From: Shigella phage ESh19
Length of the DNA stretch: 64,000 nt
Sequence record: ON528729
Strand: one strand, 5' to 3'
Positions 33,626 through 43,994 of this stretch are shown piece by piece. Each line of letters begins with the position of its first letter. Positions within the stretch are counted from its first letter, which is position 1. The notes beneath the pieces are model-generated. The model searched no databases. It was not told the DNA's origin and saw only the letters and a program-made list of their open reading frames with translations. Made by a program: the position numbers and the translations under genes.

Positions 33626-34225
33626 TTATTTTACCCCTTTGGAGTCTACATCTAGATGGATAGTATATTCTGGTGGCTCCTGTCCTTCCTCGTAAACCAA
33701 TTCACCATCCACAATGATGCGCTCAATAATACTCCCACGCTCATCTTTTAATACTGAATTTTTTACAAGGGTTACAACAAGAGGTGCAGAATTTTCAAAA
33801 TCTGTGTTGAGATAAGTATAATCATTTGGGATAGCCCCTGTATCAAGTACTGAAGCACCTGTCATGTCAGCTAGATAATCTCTTGTAGTACTCATCTCTA
33901 ATCTTTGTTTTAGCTCAAGCATAATACTGTGAGCACCTTTACCATTTACAGTAATAAGTACAGGAATCTGAAAAGCAATTCTATAACAAACTACATCATC
34001 TTCCACGAACTTATCAAGAACCCAACCATAAGGTGTGGTAGCATCTTGACAGTATACTGTAATAAAAGGCTGGTCTGGTTTTAGACCTTTATCATTGGAA
34101 TTATCTGAAGGGTAAGCCCTAATAACGTTTGGTCTGTTATTCTTGTCTCTCGCTAAACGGTGACCAATAACATCAACCAAAACTCGGACAATACCTTTCT
34201 CAAGTTCTGCTGTTTCTAACTGCAT
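33626..34225 (-). CDS. tail completion/connector protein (199 aa)
   Basis: Synteny. Confidence 0.4.
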   Translation of the reverse strand: MQLETAELEKGIVRVLVDVIGHRLARDKNNRPNVIRAYPSDNSNDKGLKPDQPFITVYCQDATTPYGWVLDKFVEDDVVCYRIAFQIPVLITVNGKGAHSIMLELKQRLEMSTTRDYLADMTGASVLDTGAIPNDYTYLNTDFENSAPLVVTLVKNSVLKDERGSIIERIIVDGELVYEEGQEPPEYTIHLDVDSKGVK

Positions 34226-34601
34226 TCATCTTATTCCTTCTAATAATGATATACTCATAATGGGATGTGTGAGCTAATTGTTCAGACCAATCCATTGTCA
34301 TAAAGACTTCGTATTCGTGTCCCTTAATCATGACAATATCAGCTTCAGTCCAATCAACATCATCAGACGTTCTTAACTCAGCTACAGTGAAAAGGATTCT
34401 TGTATCTGTCAGTCTGATACCTTCAGGTAAAACAATCTGTGTACCATTCTTTACAGAACCCTTAATATAAGGTTGAATATTACCTTTACAGTTAATTGAT
34501 ACAATATCCTGTGAAGCTACCCAATCACCATCTTCATTGTAATAACCATCTTCAGATACCTTTCTTTTAACTACAAAGCTGTGTCTATTTAAGAGTCTCA
34601 T
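34200..34601 (-). CDS. head-tail connector protein (133 aa)
   Basis: Synteny. Confidence 0.4.
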   Translation of the reverse strand: MRLLNRHSFVVKRKVSEDGYYNEDGDWVASQDIVSINCKGNIQPYIKGSVKNGTQIVLPEGIRLTDTRILFTVAELRTSDDVDWTEADIVMIKGHEYEVFMTMDWSEQLAHTSHYEYIIIRRNKMNAVRNSRT

Positions 34602-35080
34602 TTTTTAATACCTTTCTTAGTAGAGATTTTATAAGCAAGGTTATCTCGTAAATCTCCAGTTTCCACAAGAGGGGCATTGAAGCCTTTCTTTTTAACTGTA
34701 GATGGAGCGTTAGGAGGCAATATAGCCGTATTACCAAAACCTCTTTTAATTGCTTTCTGAGCACTCTTTGCAAATGCTTCTAAAGTATCTGAGGGGTCAG
34801 TATTAAGACTGTTTAATTGCTTATAGAGATTCTTCTTAGTCTGCTCTAACAAGGTCTGTCTGTGTAACATCATAGTAATTTCAAACAACCTACGATATAC
34901 TTTACCTGAAGCTGCTGGTACACCAATAACTTCATGCAAGTACATTAAAGCAGAGTAAGAAAAACCAGAGCTATGTTGACCTTGTTCCTGAAAATACCCA
35001 ACTTGAGCATTAGCCGTATGCAAGTTCTTCATAGCCCCGACTAATTTAGCTCTAGCGGGGTGAATAACCCTTTTAACCAT
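34598..35080 (-). CDS. head-tail connector protein (160 aa)
   Basis: Synteny. Confidence 0.4.
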   Translation of the reverse strand: MVKRVIHPARAKLVGAMKNLHTANAQVGYFQEQGQHSSGFSYSALMYLHEVIGVPAASGKVYRRLFEITMMLHRQTLLEQTKKNLYKQLNSLNTDPSDTLEAFAKSAQKAIKRGFGNTAILPPNAPSTVKKKGFNAPLVETGDLRDNLAYKISTKKGIKK

Positions 35081-35529
35081 TATTCATCTCGCTCGATAAT
35101 AAATACACCATTGACACGTTCACAGTAATCTCTACCGTAGTATCTAACAGCATCGCCATATTCAGTATATTTCTTGACAGAGCAAGGATTTTGACGACGC
35201 ATGTCAATATCACACTGGTTAATACCACCCGCATAAGGGAGGCCACTAACAGAGCTTTTAACTAGGTCGTCATAGACAGCTTTCAGAGATTTGAATCTGG
35301 AAGAGTTTCGTAAATAAACACCACCAACTTTCTCATCTCCCATCTTGGCTACTTGAAAGAGTAAATATTTAAGAGCTTTGATGGCTGCTTTCTTTTCATC
35401 CTTTCCAGATTCTTGGTAGAACCACTCTAGAACCGATTGGTCAATGAGGATTTCATTGTTGTCAGTATCGGTGCAGAGGATTCGAACTCTATCAAGAGGG
35501 TTATTAGCGGGGTCGCCTGTATAACACAT
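35080..35529 (-). CDS. head completion protein (149 aa)
   Basis: Synteny. Confidence 0.4.
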   Translation of the reverse strand: MCYTGDPANNPLDRVRILCTDTDNNEILIDQSVLEWFYQESGKDEKKAAIKALKYLLFQVAKMGDEKVGGVYLRNSSRFKSLKAVYDDLVKSSVSGLPYAGGINQCDIDMRRQNPCSVKKYTEYGDAVRYYGRDYCERVNGVFIIERDE

Positions 35530-35551
35530 TTATAACCCTCCTTTCAAGTTA

Positions 35552-36655
35552 TTACTCAGCGTCTGAACGAACGTCAACAAGCAGTTGAGGACGTGTGCAG
35601 TATGGCAGCATGTAAGAGTGGGCTTCGAAGTCAATACCTTCGTCACGGTCTTTCTCATATTCGAACACATACAGTTCCTGACCCAGAGTGTTTGCATAAC
35701 CCATCTTAGGACATGGAGCGTAAGCAACTTCGAAGATGTTGTTAGCTTCACCCAACATTGCTACGTTAGGGAATGCGTGACCTACACCAACATTAGTGTC
35801 AGATACACCGTCAATGCTAACCAGCGTATGAGTCTTACCACGCTTGTCTTTGAACTTACCGTTGTACTGTACGAATACAACACCACCGTAGTAGAAGCGG
35901 TTCATGTGAGCCTGAACACCATCAGTACCACCAGTTCTTAGAGAACCAGTAATCTGTTGCCAAGCCAGCGGAGTCTGCTGTGCAAGGTATGCGTCACGAA
36001 TCTTAGGATGCTTGATAAGCTTGCTGAAGAAAGTTCTGTCAACAACGATGTGAATTTCTTCACCGTTAATTACAGTACCTGTCTTAGCTTCATCTTCCAT
36101 GTGCATACGCAGGTCTTCAATGTGCGCATCGATATCAGAGTTCGGGTTGTCCAAGTCGAAGTAGATAGTCTTCTTAGTTACATCAAACTGCTTGTACAGG
36201 TCTGCGTACAGAACACCGTTAGCGTCGATAACTTTACCCTTCAGAGCTTGCATAAACAAGAACTCACGAGTAATATCAAACTTGGTACGAATCTTCATCA
36301 GCTTCTTAGCACGTACAACTGCTTCAGTAGTCAGTTCATTTGCAGTGCCTGGCTGACGAACACCCTGAATCTCATCAGGAGTGATGCTTTCAACTTCCTT
36401 GAAGTACATCATCGGGAAGCTAATCTGACGAACACGCTCAGGAGCGCTAGTCTCAGCTTTACGGCTGGTACGGTCTACCGCATCCAGTAAGCTGATATCC
36501 CAATCAGTCAAGTCCATCAGGAAAGTAGTCTGTGTTTGTGGAGCAGAACGGAACAGTCCCAGACCAGAGATATATCCGTAAGTATTTGGAATAGACTGGA
36601 CTTCACCAGTTAAGTCAGCAAGGAAAAATCTGCTTTTTTCAGAATTAGTCAACAT
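35552..36655 (-). CDS. major capsid protein (367 aa)
   Basis: Size, position downstream of protease/scaffold, strong RBS GGAGAA. Confidence 0.6.
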   Translation of the reverse strand: MLTNSEKSRFFLADLTGEVQSIPNTYGYISGLGLFRSAPQTQTTFLMDLTDWDISLLDAVDRTSRKAETSAPERVRQISFPMMYFKEVESITPDEIQGVRQPGTANELTTEAVVRAKKLMKIRTKFDITREFLFMQALKGKVIDANGVLYADLYKQFDVTKKTIYFDLDNPNSDIDAHIEDLRMHMEDEAKTGTVINGEEIHIVVDRTFFSKLIKHPKIRDAYLAQQTPLAWQQITGSLRTGGTDGVQAHMNRFYYGGVVFVQYNGKFKDKRGKTHTLVSIDGVSDTNVGVGHAFPNVAMLGEANNIFEVAYAPCPKMGYANTLGQELYVFEYEKDRDEGIDFEAHSYMLPYCTRPQLLVDVRSDAE

Positions 36656-36686
36656 TGTAAAATTCTCCAGAATGTCTTATTATTAA

Positions 36687-37064
36687 TTACAGGCCAGTTG
36701 GGACGAAATCAATACCTTTCGCCTTAAGAGCAGACTTGACAGCAGCAGCATCAACACTATCTGCCAGAGTTAGCATGTCTTTCAGTTCAGCGTCACGGTA
36801 AATACCAACAACTTTTAACTGACCGTGGTAAGACAGTTGTAGGTCTGCGTAGAAGTTAACGATACATACAGAATCTGCCTGAGCTTCTTCACCTGCTGCA
36901 ACTTTAGTACCATCAGCTTTCAGAACTTCACCTACACGATACTCAGTGCTGGCTACTGGAGCGTACTCTTTACGAGAGTGACCAGTTGGTGTAATCTGTT
37001 CCCAAAGGATGATATCGTTCAGAGGTTCTCTGTTACCTAATTTAGTAAAACCTTGATATGCCAT
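36687..37064 (-). CDS. hypothetical head protein (125 aa, decoration?)
   Basis: Between protease and capsid genes. Confidence 0.4.
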   Translation of the reverse strand: MAYQGFTKLGNREPLNDIILWEQITPTGHSRKEYAPVASTEYRVGEVLKADGTKVAAGEEAQADSVCIVNFYADLQLSYHGQLKVVGIYRDAELKDMLTLADSVDAAAVKSALKAKGIDFVPTGL

Positions 37065-37076
37065 TATTTGTGTTCC

Positions 37077-38423
37077 TTATTTGATAAGAGTTTTCAAAGC
37101 ATTCTGGAGAGCCAGTTTGCGTTGGTCAGCGTTAGCATTAGCATTTGCTTCTGGAGCGGTGTCTTTACCGTCATCCACTTCTGCTTCGCCGTCATTGCCA
37201 AGTTCTTCCATAGCGTTTGAGTGTTCCAGAACAGCACCAGCAGTTTCTTTCAGCTTAGTGATTTCAGAATCCTTCTCAGACATGGCAGAAGCGTGGGACG
37301 CGATAGTTTCATTAAGTTTCTGGTTAGCACCTTCCATAGCATTCATAAACAGAACACTCAGAGGGTTGTCAAGACCAGCACCTAAAATAGCTGTTGCAGC
37401 TTCTTTTGCATCAAACCCAAAAGTTTCAGCAGATGCAGAAATCTTACCAGTTAAATCTGTAAGAACTGCTTCCTGTTCCTTAGCTTTCATTTGAGCAACC
37501 TGAAGACGCAGAGCTTCTAGTTCTTGCTTTTCTTGTTCAGTCATTTCTTCACCTGAATTGTTTGTGTTTAAACTTACAGGAGCTTCTTCAGAACCTTGTA
37601 AGTAATTTAAGAAATCATCTTGAGACATGATAGAGTTAATTAAACCAAGTTCAAGAGCTTCCTGAGCAGAATAAACATTCGCCTCAGTATTCTTTACAGC
37701 TTCTTCAGAGATATTACGTGAGTCTGCAACAAAACTAGTAAAAGTCTTGTAAGTGTCATCAATTCTCTTTTGAAGTCTATTCTTGCTTTCTTCTGATAAT
37801 GCTTGGAATGGGGAACCCATACCTTTAAATTCACCAGCTTTAATAACGTTAATAGTTACGCCATTCTTTTCAAATGCTTTAGTTAATTCTTGGTGAACCA
37901 TAATCACACCAATTGAACCAACATCTGCATCTGGTGATGCAATAATTTCTTCAGCGGAAGATGCAAGAGCATATGCAGCAGAGCAAGCAAACTCATCTAC
38001 ATAAGCAATAATTTTCTTTTGGCCTCTTGAAGCCATGATGTGTCGTGCCAACTCAAAACAACCTGACGCTTCACCACCACCTGAATCAACGTGCAGCACG
38101 ATAGTCTTAATAGACTCATCTGCTAGGGCTTCGTCAAAGCCTCTGCGTAAACCTTCATAAGAACTTAGTCCACCAGTACACATTGCATCCATGAAGGTCA
38201 TACGATGTGTTAGGCCACCCATAATAGGGATAATAGCAATATCATCTTTAACTTTTAAAAGACTTCTTGCCTCACCTTTTGGTTTATCAAAGTTTACTGC
38301 TGCTTGTACCTCACCTAACAAGCGGTTATTAACATAAGTCGCTGCTGAGTGGGCTAATGATTCTGTAGCTAGTAAAGGTTGGTTGAATAATCTGTCAGCA
38401 AGTCTGAAGATATTCGAACTCAT
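37077..38423 (-). CDS. prohead protease (S49/ClpP-like) with C-terminal scaffold-like coiled-coil
   Basis: IVLHVDSGGGEASG matches S49 peptidase core; C-terminal half is helical/acidic. Confidence 0.55.
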   Translation of the reverse strand: MSSNIFRLADRLFNQPLLATESLAHSAATYVNNRLLGEVQAAVNFDKPKGEARSLLKVKDDIAIIPIMGGLTHRMTFMDAMCTGGLSSYEGLRRGFDEALADESIKTIVLHVDSGGGEASGCFELARHIMASRGQKKIIAYVDEFACSAAYALASSAEEIIASPDADVGSIGVIMVHQELTKAFEKNGVTINVIKAGEFKGMGSPFQALSEESKNRLQKRIDDTYKTFTSFVADSRNISEEAVKNTEANVYSAQEALELGLINSIMSQDDFLNYLQGSEEAPVSLNTNNSGEEMTEQEKQELEALRLQVAQMKAKEQEAVLTDLTGKISASAETFGFDAKEAATAILGAGLDNPLSVLFMNAMEGANQKLNETIASHASAMSEKDSEITKLKETAGAVLEHSNAMEELGNDGEAEVDDGKDTAPEANANANADQRKLALQNALKTLIK

Positions 38424-38434
38424 TTTTACTCACC

Positions 38435-38767
38435 CTATTTATTTAAGTCAATGGATACTGAAGAGATAACATAAATTCCTTCTTCAGCAAAGAACTGAGG
38501 GCTACTTAGAGCACCTGTTGCCACGCACTTAGAGTTGTCATCCCATAAACTAAAATGAGAAACTGTAGCAGAAGCTGGAACAGTAATATTAACTGTGTCT
38601 TCTGAGGCAATTAATCCATTATTAGGTTCTGAGAAGAAGATAGCCACTGGCTGAGTAACCTTGTTTGCTGTAGGGTCTGCCGTTGGGTCTACATTGTGTA
38701 ATACAATAGTTGTCGGGGTTAGTGTGGCTAGGATTTTATTCTTACCATCAATCGTTAATGTTCCCAT
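38435..38767 (-). CDS. hypothetical protein (110 aa)
   Basis: ORF track. Confidence 0.45.
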   Translation of the reverse strand: MGTLTIDGKNKILATLTPTTIVLHNVDPTADPTANKVTQPVAIFFSEPNNGLIASEDTVNITVPASATVSHFSLWDDNSKCVATGALSSPQFFAEEGIYVISSVSIDLNK

Positions 38768-39267
38768 TAATTAAACCTTACTTTTTGTTTAAGGATTGTT
38801 GAATGGTTACCAGATTCATCTACCACATTTACAATCATATCATAAACTTTACCTTTGACAAGTACTTTGTAATCATTTTGTGAAAAAATGTACTCAAGTC
38901 TGTTAGACTCTTTGTTTACTGTCATTGGAGATTGAAATGCTGTATCAATGGTAATGAACGCAGCTTCAACACTATTAACGTTAACACGTTTATTCTCACA
39001 GTTATATAACTTTACACCCAAAAGGCATGAACTGTCAAATGGAATTTTAACAATTTCGTTACAATTGTTTGAAATAAACTGTTTTCCGCTCATTGGAGCA
39101 TCAAGTAACCTGCAAATAGTGAAAACGTCAGAGGTTCCACCATCACTAACATACCCTGAAAGGCTGACCCTTGAGCCAGCCTCTACAGTTAATTCATCAG
39201 TGATAATTAAGACACCTCTATAAGAATGCACTCGCGTAGCATTGGAAATAGAGATAACTTCTGCCAT
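38767..39267 (-). CDS. hypothetical protein (166 aa)
   Basis: ORF track. Confidence 0.45.
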   Translation of the reverse strand: MAEVISISNATRVHSYRGVLIITDELTVEAGSRVSLSGYVSDGGTSDVFTICRLLDAPMSGKQFISNNCNEIVKIPFDSSCLLGVKLYNCENKRVNVNSVEAAFITIDTAFQSPMTVNKESNRLEYIFSQNDYKVLVKGKVYDMIVNVVDESGNHSTILKQKVRFN

Positions 39268-40733
39268 TATTTGTTTGCCTTATTAGCTGTGCTTGGGTCT
39301 TTAGCTGAAGGAGTTTTAGCAGTCCCTTCTCCAGCAGTTTGATAACCATCACCAGAACGACTTTGAGTGTTTGGGGATAGTTTCTCAGATACTGGTTTAG
39401 ACTCATCAGCAGGTTCAAGGTCAAGATATTCTCTAAGCTTGTCAGACAATGGCTTATCAACTTCCAGAGCACCAACTGCAACTGTCTTCTGAATGAATGA
39501 TGCAATAGCTTCAAGGTCTGGTGTCTCAATATCATCATACACAATTTCTACGTGTTCTTCATCATCCCACATATTTAGTGCATAAGTCTGAGCAACCAAA
39601 TCACGGTTAATTACATTCTTCACTTGCTTCAGAAGAATATCAACTGACATTGCCAGTAAGCTTGTCTTAGAATCTGCCAGAGAGAATGAACCATATTTTG
39701 ACTGTCCCATAGCAAGAACATCAGACATAAACGCCATCATAATTTGCTTAGAGTATCTATCAATGATAGAACCTGTATCATAAGCTTTAGCACCCTGTCG
39801 AGAAACTAATGAGAACTCAAAGATATCTTCTTTAGTTTCTGGGTCGATAAATCTAGGCCAAATTAAACCTGCTCTGTCATTAGCAATTAAATCATTTACT
39901 ACTTCTTGGCAGTATTTAACAAAAGCTTTCTTTTCAGGCTCTGCATCTTCACCTAAGTAATCAGGTGGAAGACCAATCTTTGGCATACCTACTAAGTCTC
40001 TGGAAACACCAACTGCTTCAAACTCTTCAATTTGAACTTTGTATTTCCAAGGAACATAAGCATTAAGTAATGGTGAACGTCCCTCTGGGTTACCGTATTC
40101 ATCGTCATACTTGAACAATAAGAATTTACTTCTAGGAAGCTTTCTTGTCAATGGTTGTTCACCAAGATTAATTGCTCCTGCAATATGGGAAACATTACGC
40201 AGGTTCTGTCTAACACCAATAACTTTTCTATAGTCAGAGTCAAAGTACCATTTATCTAATGTAGTCTGATTACGGATTGGTAATTTAGCCCAACCAATTA
40301 AACCATCATTATATTTTGAAGGGTACTTACCTTTCTTGCCTTGACGTTTCTTATAAACTTTCTCGTTTACACAGAAACCGTAAGTACAGAATGACATTAC
40401 AGAGTTAATAAAGTCAGCCCAATCGTGCTCCATGTCATTCATTAGTGAGTTAAAGAAATTAGCCCTTTCAATCATCTTGGCATCTTTCTCTTTTCCCTTC
40501 GGTGGTACGAATCTCCAGTTAACCTTTCTGACAAACATCTTAATAATATTTACAGAGGCTGCTACTGAAGGGTCTCTCATCATAAGTTGGAAAGTCTTAA
40601 TACTTTCTGGGAATCTTAAAGCCTGTCTAGGTTCTTCATAGATTCTTCCTGAGCGAACTTTAAGGCCAAGACTCCCAACCTCACCCATTCTGAATGGAGG
40701 AAGGCTTTCTTGTGTTTCTGTGATATCTGCCAT
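39267..40733 (-). CDS. portal protein (488 aa)
   Basis: Immediately downstream of large terminase; size. Confidence 0.6.
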   Translation of the reverse strand: MADITETQESLPPFRMGEVGSLGLKVRSGRIYEEPRQALRFPESIKTFQLMMRDPSVAASVNIIKMFVRKVNWRFVPPKGKEKDAKMIERANFFNSLMNDMEHDWADFINSVMSFCTYGFCVNEKVYKKRQGKKGKYPSKYNDGLIGWAKLPIRNQTTLDKWYFDSDYRKVIGVRQNLRNVSHIAGAINLGEQPLTRKLPRSKFLLFKYDDEYGNPEGRSPLLNAYVPWKYKVQIEEFEAVGVSRDLVGMPKIGLPPDYLGEDAEPEKKAFVKYCQEVVNDLIANDRAGLIWPRFIDPETKEDIFEFSLVSRQGAKAYDTGSIIDRYSKQIMMAFMSDVLAMGQSKYGSFSLADSKTSLLAMSVDILLKQVKNVINRDLVAQTYALNMWDDEEHVEIVYDDIETPDLEAIASFIQKTVAVGALEVDKPLSDKLREYLDLEPADESKPVSEKLSPNTQSRSGDGYQTAGEGTAKTPSAKDPSTANKANK

Positions 40734-40745
40734 TCTTTCTACCTA

Positions 40746-42347
40746 TTATCGTCTTAGCCCCTGATATGGATTACTCTTCATAATATCTGTATGAGCACCC
40801 ATTGAAGGTGGCTTGAATAGTTTAACTTCGTTTAGACTGTTGAAAGCATCACTGGTAGCATCCACTTGGTCATCCTTGGTACGACCATCACCACAAAAAC
40901 CTTCTAGTTCTTGGAAATATGCTTCATTCCAAGAGCCTCTAACAATTTTGACAAGTCCTGCCTCAGAAGCAGCAGAGAAACCCGCAAAACGGGTGACTTT
41001 ATCTTTATTTGTTGGTTTAGCTCTTGCTCGGAAACCTTTCTCAGCAAGTTTTCTAATAAGGGAGGTTGCGTAGGATTTACCAGCAGCGCCGGGGTCTTGA
41101 GGGATAAAAATACCTGTGCGCTTACCGTCACCTTCAGCAGTTTGGTTAATTTGTGTTTCAACTCCAGAAGGTCTATCTCTAAATCTTACTACGTTAATCA
41201 CATAATAGCAACCATCTTTTTTAGATTTACCCATTTTAACACCTGCTGTCCAGTCAGGGTTAGGGTTAACCTCAGAAGGTAATGTTGCTGCTAAGTCCCA
41301 TGCTCTTACGTCAAATACATCTGCTGGAACACTATCAACAATTTCACACCATTGTCTTTGCCAGTAGTTTGAACCTTCAGCACGAGCTTTCCAGTTACCA
41401 AAACGTAAACGTGCAACGTTAACTGGTGTGTTGTTTTCTAATTTACCACGATACTTAGGTTCAAGGAAATCTAGAATAGGGTTGTCATCAATTGTACCAG
41501 AAATAAAGGTATATGTTTGAGGAATCTCAAGAGGGAACATTTCAAGAATTTTATCTCTATCCCAATCAGAAACCATGACACCATCATTCATAACATACCA
41601 ACGAATCCTACCGCACTTCTCTGGGTCTGGATATCCAGCATCATCTAGGAAAGGTTCTACCCAATCATAAATAAAGTGGTCTCTATCTGGGTTCATTGAG
41701 ATTTTCATATATGAGTCACCTTCAGCACCAGAACGTAAACGTGTCTGAAGATATGAAATCTGTGAAGCCGAGAAGTGTGTACCTTCGTCGAAGTAAATAG
41801 CTGAGTATTCGATACCTTGGTGACCTTCTGAGTGTTTTTCAAGTTCCAAATAAGTAAACTTAATAGTCGCCCCTGAAGGGAAAGTGATAGTCATTTTCTG
41901 TTCGTGTGGGATTCCACCAAACTTACCAAATAGCTTTTTAGCTGCTGGCCATAAACCACCTTGTAACTGTGTAGTATTTCGACGGAAATATACAGCGTTA
42001 TAGTTAGGGTCATCAATGAATCTCAAAGAGTCCATTAATAGGGCAGCAGTCTTACCAGCACCAGCAGCACCACCATATAGTACCAAGTCAGCATTAGTGT
42101 TCAAGAATACCTCTTGAGAGCCAGGCTGTGGAGCTACATAGTTCTTGTCAGTCATCAATTTAAAGATGAGTCTTACTTGGTCTGGGGTGTACCTTAATAA
42201 AGTCAGAATTTGAGTTGGAAGGAATTTAGAGGGGTCTTTACCAAAGGATTTGATAATATCTTTTACTTCTTCAGAAAGCCCCAACTCACCTGCTAGGACT
42301 TTCCTTACATCTTCCACTCGCTTCTGCTTAATAACATTTAAGTCCAT
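40746..42347 (-). CDS. terminase large subunit
   Basis: Walker A VLYGGAAGAGKTAAL; start refined to ATG 42347 with RBS AGAGGTG. Confidence 0.75.
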   Translation of the reverse strand: MDLNVIKQKRVEDVRKVLAGELGLSEEVKDIIKSFGKDPSKFLPTQILTLLRYTPDQVRLIFKLMTDKNYVAPQPGSQEVFLNTNADLVLYGGAAGAGKTAALLMDSLRFIDDPNYNAVYFRRNTTQLQGGLWPAAKKLFGKFGGIPHEQKMTITFPSGATIKFTYLELEKHSEGHQGIEYSAIYFDEGTHFSASQISYLQTRLRSGAEGDSYMKISMNPDRDHFIYDWVEPFLDDAGYPDPEKCGRIRWYVMNDGVMVSDWDRDKILEMFPLEIPQTYTFISGTIDDNPILDFLEPKYRGKLENNTPVNVARLRFGNWKARAEGSNYWQRQWCEIVDSVPADVFDVRAWDLAATLPSEVNPNPDWTAGVKMGKSKKDGCYYVINVVRFRDRPSGVETQINQTAEGDGKRTGIFIPQDPGAAGKSYATSLIRKLAEKGFRARAKPTNKDKVTRFAGFSAASEAGLVKIVRGSWNEAYFQELEGFCGDGRTKDDQVDATSDAFNSLNEVKLFKPPSMGAHTDIMKSNPYQGLRR

Positions 42348-42368
42348 TAAGCACCTCTGCAAATAGAA

Positions 42369-42575
42369 TTATTCAGAAACTTCTTCAGATTCCTGTTTAG
42401 GTTCTACACCAAACTTTTCATCTACTAAATTAAGAAGTTTATCCATCGTTGCTTCTTGTGGATTAATACCAGTTGCAACAATTAAACGTTCAGCCACAGC
42501 CATTACAGTTGCTTGAAGCATCTGAGCCTGTTTCTGAGTTTCATATAGTTCTTTGTAAACATTAGTCTCGTTCAT
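42369..42575 (-). CDS. hypothetical protein (68 aa)
   Basis: ORF track. Confidence 0.4.
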   Translation of the reverse strand: MNETNVYKELYETQKQAQMLQATVMAVAERLIVATGINPQEATMDKLLNLVDEKFGVEPKQESEEVSE

Positions 42576-42612
42576 TGTATTTCTCCAAAATTAAAGTTAT
42601 AGTGATTCTCCT

Positions 42613-42636
42613 GAAAAAAGACGGTGCAGAGACCGT
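42613..42636 (-). terminator. rho-independent terminator (GACGGT-GCAGAG-ACCGTC then UUUUUU on minus)
   Basis: 6-bp stem, A6 run upstream on plus; downstream of tRNA island on minus strand. Confidence 0.55.
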
Positions 42637-42702
42637 CAAGGAGAAACCACAATGTATGCCAGAGACATACTGTATAGGTCTGCCCATAAAGTATAACTCT
42701 AT

Positions 42703-42761
42703 AAAAAAGCCCTGTCTAAAAATACTCTCCGGTAGCGAAAGGGAGAATACTCATAGCAGGG
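42703..42761 (-). terminator. terminator-like long hairpin (GCCCTG...CAGGGC, U-run)
   Basis: Inverted repeat with nested hairpin and A6 run on plus. Confidence 0.3.
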
Positions 42762-42794
42762 CATAATAACTTTGAGAGAGATATTAATATAAAT

Positions 42795-42870
42795 TGGAGT
42801 ATCGGAAGGGACTCGAACCCTCATAAACCTGTTTTGCAGACAGGCACATAACCATTTCTGACACCGACAC
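42795..42870 (-). tRNA. tRNA-Cys (GCA)
   Basis: T-arm GAGGG-TTCGAGT-CCCTT, anticodon stem CCTGT/ACAGG loop CTGCAAA, acceptor GTGTCGG/CCGATAC, U73, CCA encoded. Confidence 0.7.
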
Positions 42871-42876
42871 ATAATT

Positions 42877-42969
42877 TGGAGGAAGATACCAGACTTGAAC
42901 TGGTACGCCGATTTCTCGGTTACTGGCAGTTTAGCAAACTGCTCCCTTACCTTTTAGGGTTAATCTTCC
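42877..42969 (-). tRNA. tRNA-Ser (GCT), type II
   Basis: Acceptor GGAAGAT/ATCTTCC perfect, anticodon loop TTGCTAA, long variable arm, T-arm ACCAG-TTCAAGT-CTGGT. Confidence 0.7.
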
Positions 42970-42970
42970 A

Positions 42971-43704
42971 TTATTTGTTCAGAGCTTCTTTCATCTCTGG
43001 AGTTGCAATAGTATCAATCACACCAGTTTTACATGAATCATCAAACCAGCTTGGTAGAACATTTGCAAGGAAACCATTAATATTTGTTTTCAGGTATTCT
43101 GCAATCAGTGCTGCTTCATCTGCAATCATCTGAGTTACTTCATTAGCATATGCAGTAATCTTTGCAATACCCTCATTAATCGCTGTAACGGCCTGTGTAG
43201 CGAGTTCAGAGATTGTATCTAGTCCTTGGTCGATTGCATCTTGCAAATCGCTTAGAACGCTATTTACAGCGTCTATGGAGGTATTAATCAAATCCATCGC
43301 TTTATTACCGTACTCGGTAGCTACGCCCATGATACCACTAAACGGTGTACATCCAACCTGTTCACCTGCTGCTCCCATAACGTTAGAGTAACCCTTAGCT
43401 ACTTGCATACGTTGTGAAAACTCATCTACAGACTTTTGCCCATACTCAGTGAGTGTACTTGTCGTTGAAGTTGTACTTCCAAGGCTTGTTGTGAAGCTTC
43501 CTAATAGGGCTGTTGTCAGTCCAGCAGCAACTAAAATCTGTTGTGTAGCTGGGTCTGTTACAGAACTAATTGAGTTAACTAATGATTGAGAGGCAGCTAC
43601 AGTACCACCAAGAACTGCTGCACCAGTAATAAGAGGGTTTGAGAAACCATTACCGGTTTTAAGGAGATTAAAAATCTCTTTACTTTGTTCTGTCATCTCT
43701 TTCA
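42971..43704 (-). CDS. hypothetical Gly/Ala/Ser/Thr-rich protein (244 aa) inside tRNA island
   Basis: ORF track (start refined to ATG 43704; upstream extension overlaps tRNA-Phe). Confidence 0.45.
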
Positions 43705-43721
43705 TTATGCACCTATAAAGT

Positions 43722-43797
43722 TGGTAGCCCATCGGGATTTGAACCCTGTTCTCATGTTTTTCAGACACGCGCTTTAACCATATAAGCTAATTGAGCT
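43722..43797 (-). tRNA. tRNA-Phe (GAA)
   Basis: Anticodon stem CGTGT/ACATG loop CTGAAAA; T-loop TTCAAAT; acceptor AGCTCAA/ATGGGCT (one mismatch); CCA encoded. Confidence 0.55.
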
Positions 43798-43804
43798 ATT
43801 AAAT

Positions 43805-43881
43805 TGGGGTGACCTACGGGAATCGAACCCGTATAGACCATGTTCACAGCATGGGTCATTATCCATTTATGATAAGGCCAC
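43805..43881 (-). tRNA. tRNA-His (GTG)
   Basis: Anticodon stem CCATG/CATGG loop CTGTGAA, C73, T-arm ACGGG-TTCGATT-CCCGT. Confidence 0.7.
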
Positions 43882-43912
43882 ATTTAAGGACTCTCGTAAG
43901 AATCCTTAGAAG

Positions 43913-43988
43913 TGGCAGCAGTATAAGGATTTGAACCTTAATCTTTCAGCTTCAGAGGCTGGAGCATTCCCAGTTATGCTATACTGCT
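43913..43988 (-). tRNA. tRNA-Gln (CTG)
   Basis: Acceptor AGCAGTA/TACTGCT perfect, D-stem GCAT/ATGC, anticodon loop CTCTGAA, T-arm TAAGG-TTCAAAT-CCTTA. Confidence 0.6.
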
Positions 43989-43994
43989 AATATT

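Noticed and set aside
35957-36490. Plus-strand ORFs inside minus-strand structural genes (also 37081..37494, 33021..33302, 3397..3681 Ser-rich)
   Set aside because: Antisense to long, well-supported genes with RBSs; low-complexity or biased composition typical of shadow ORFs.
43722-43797. Alternative call of this element as a plus-strand tRNA because GGGATTTGAACCC is palindromic
   Set aside because: Only the minus-strand reading gives a canonical TTCAAAT T-loop, CCA end and GAA anticodon stem-loop.
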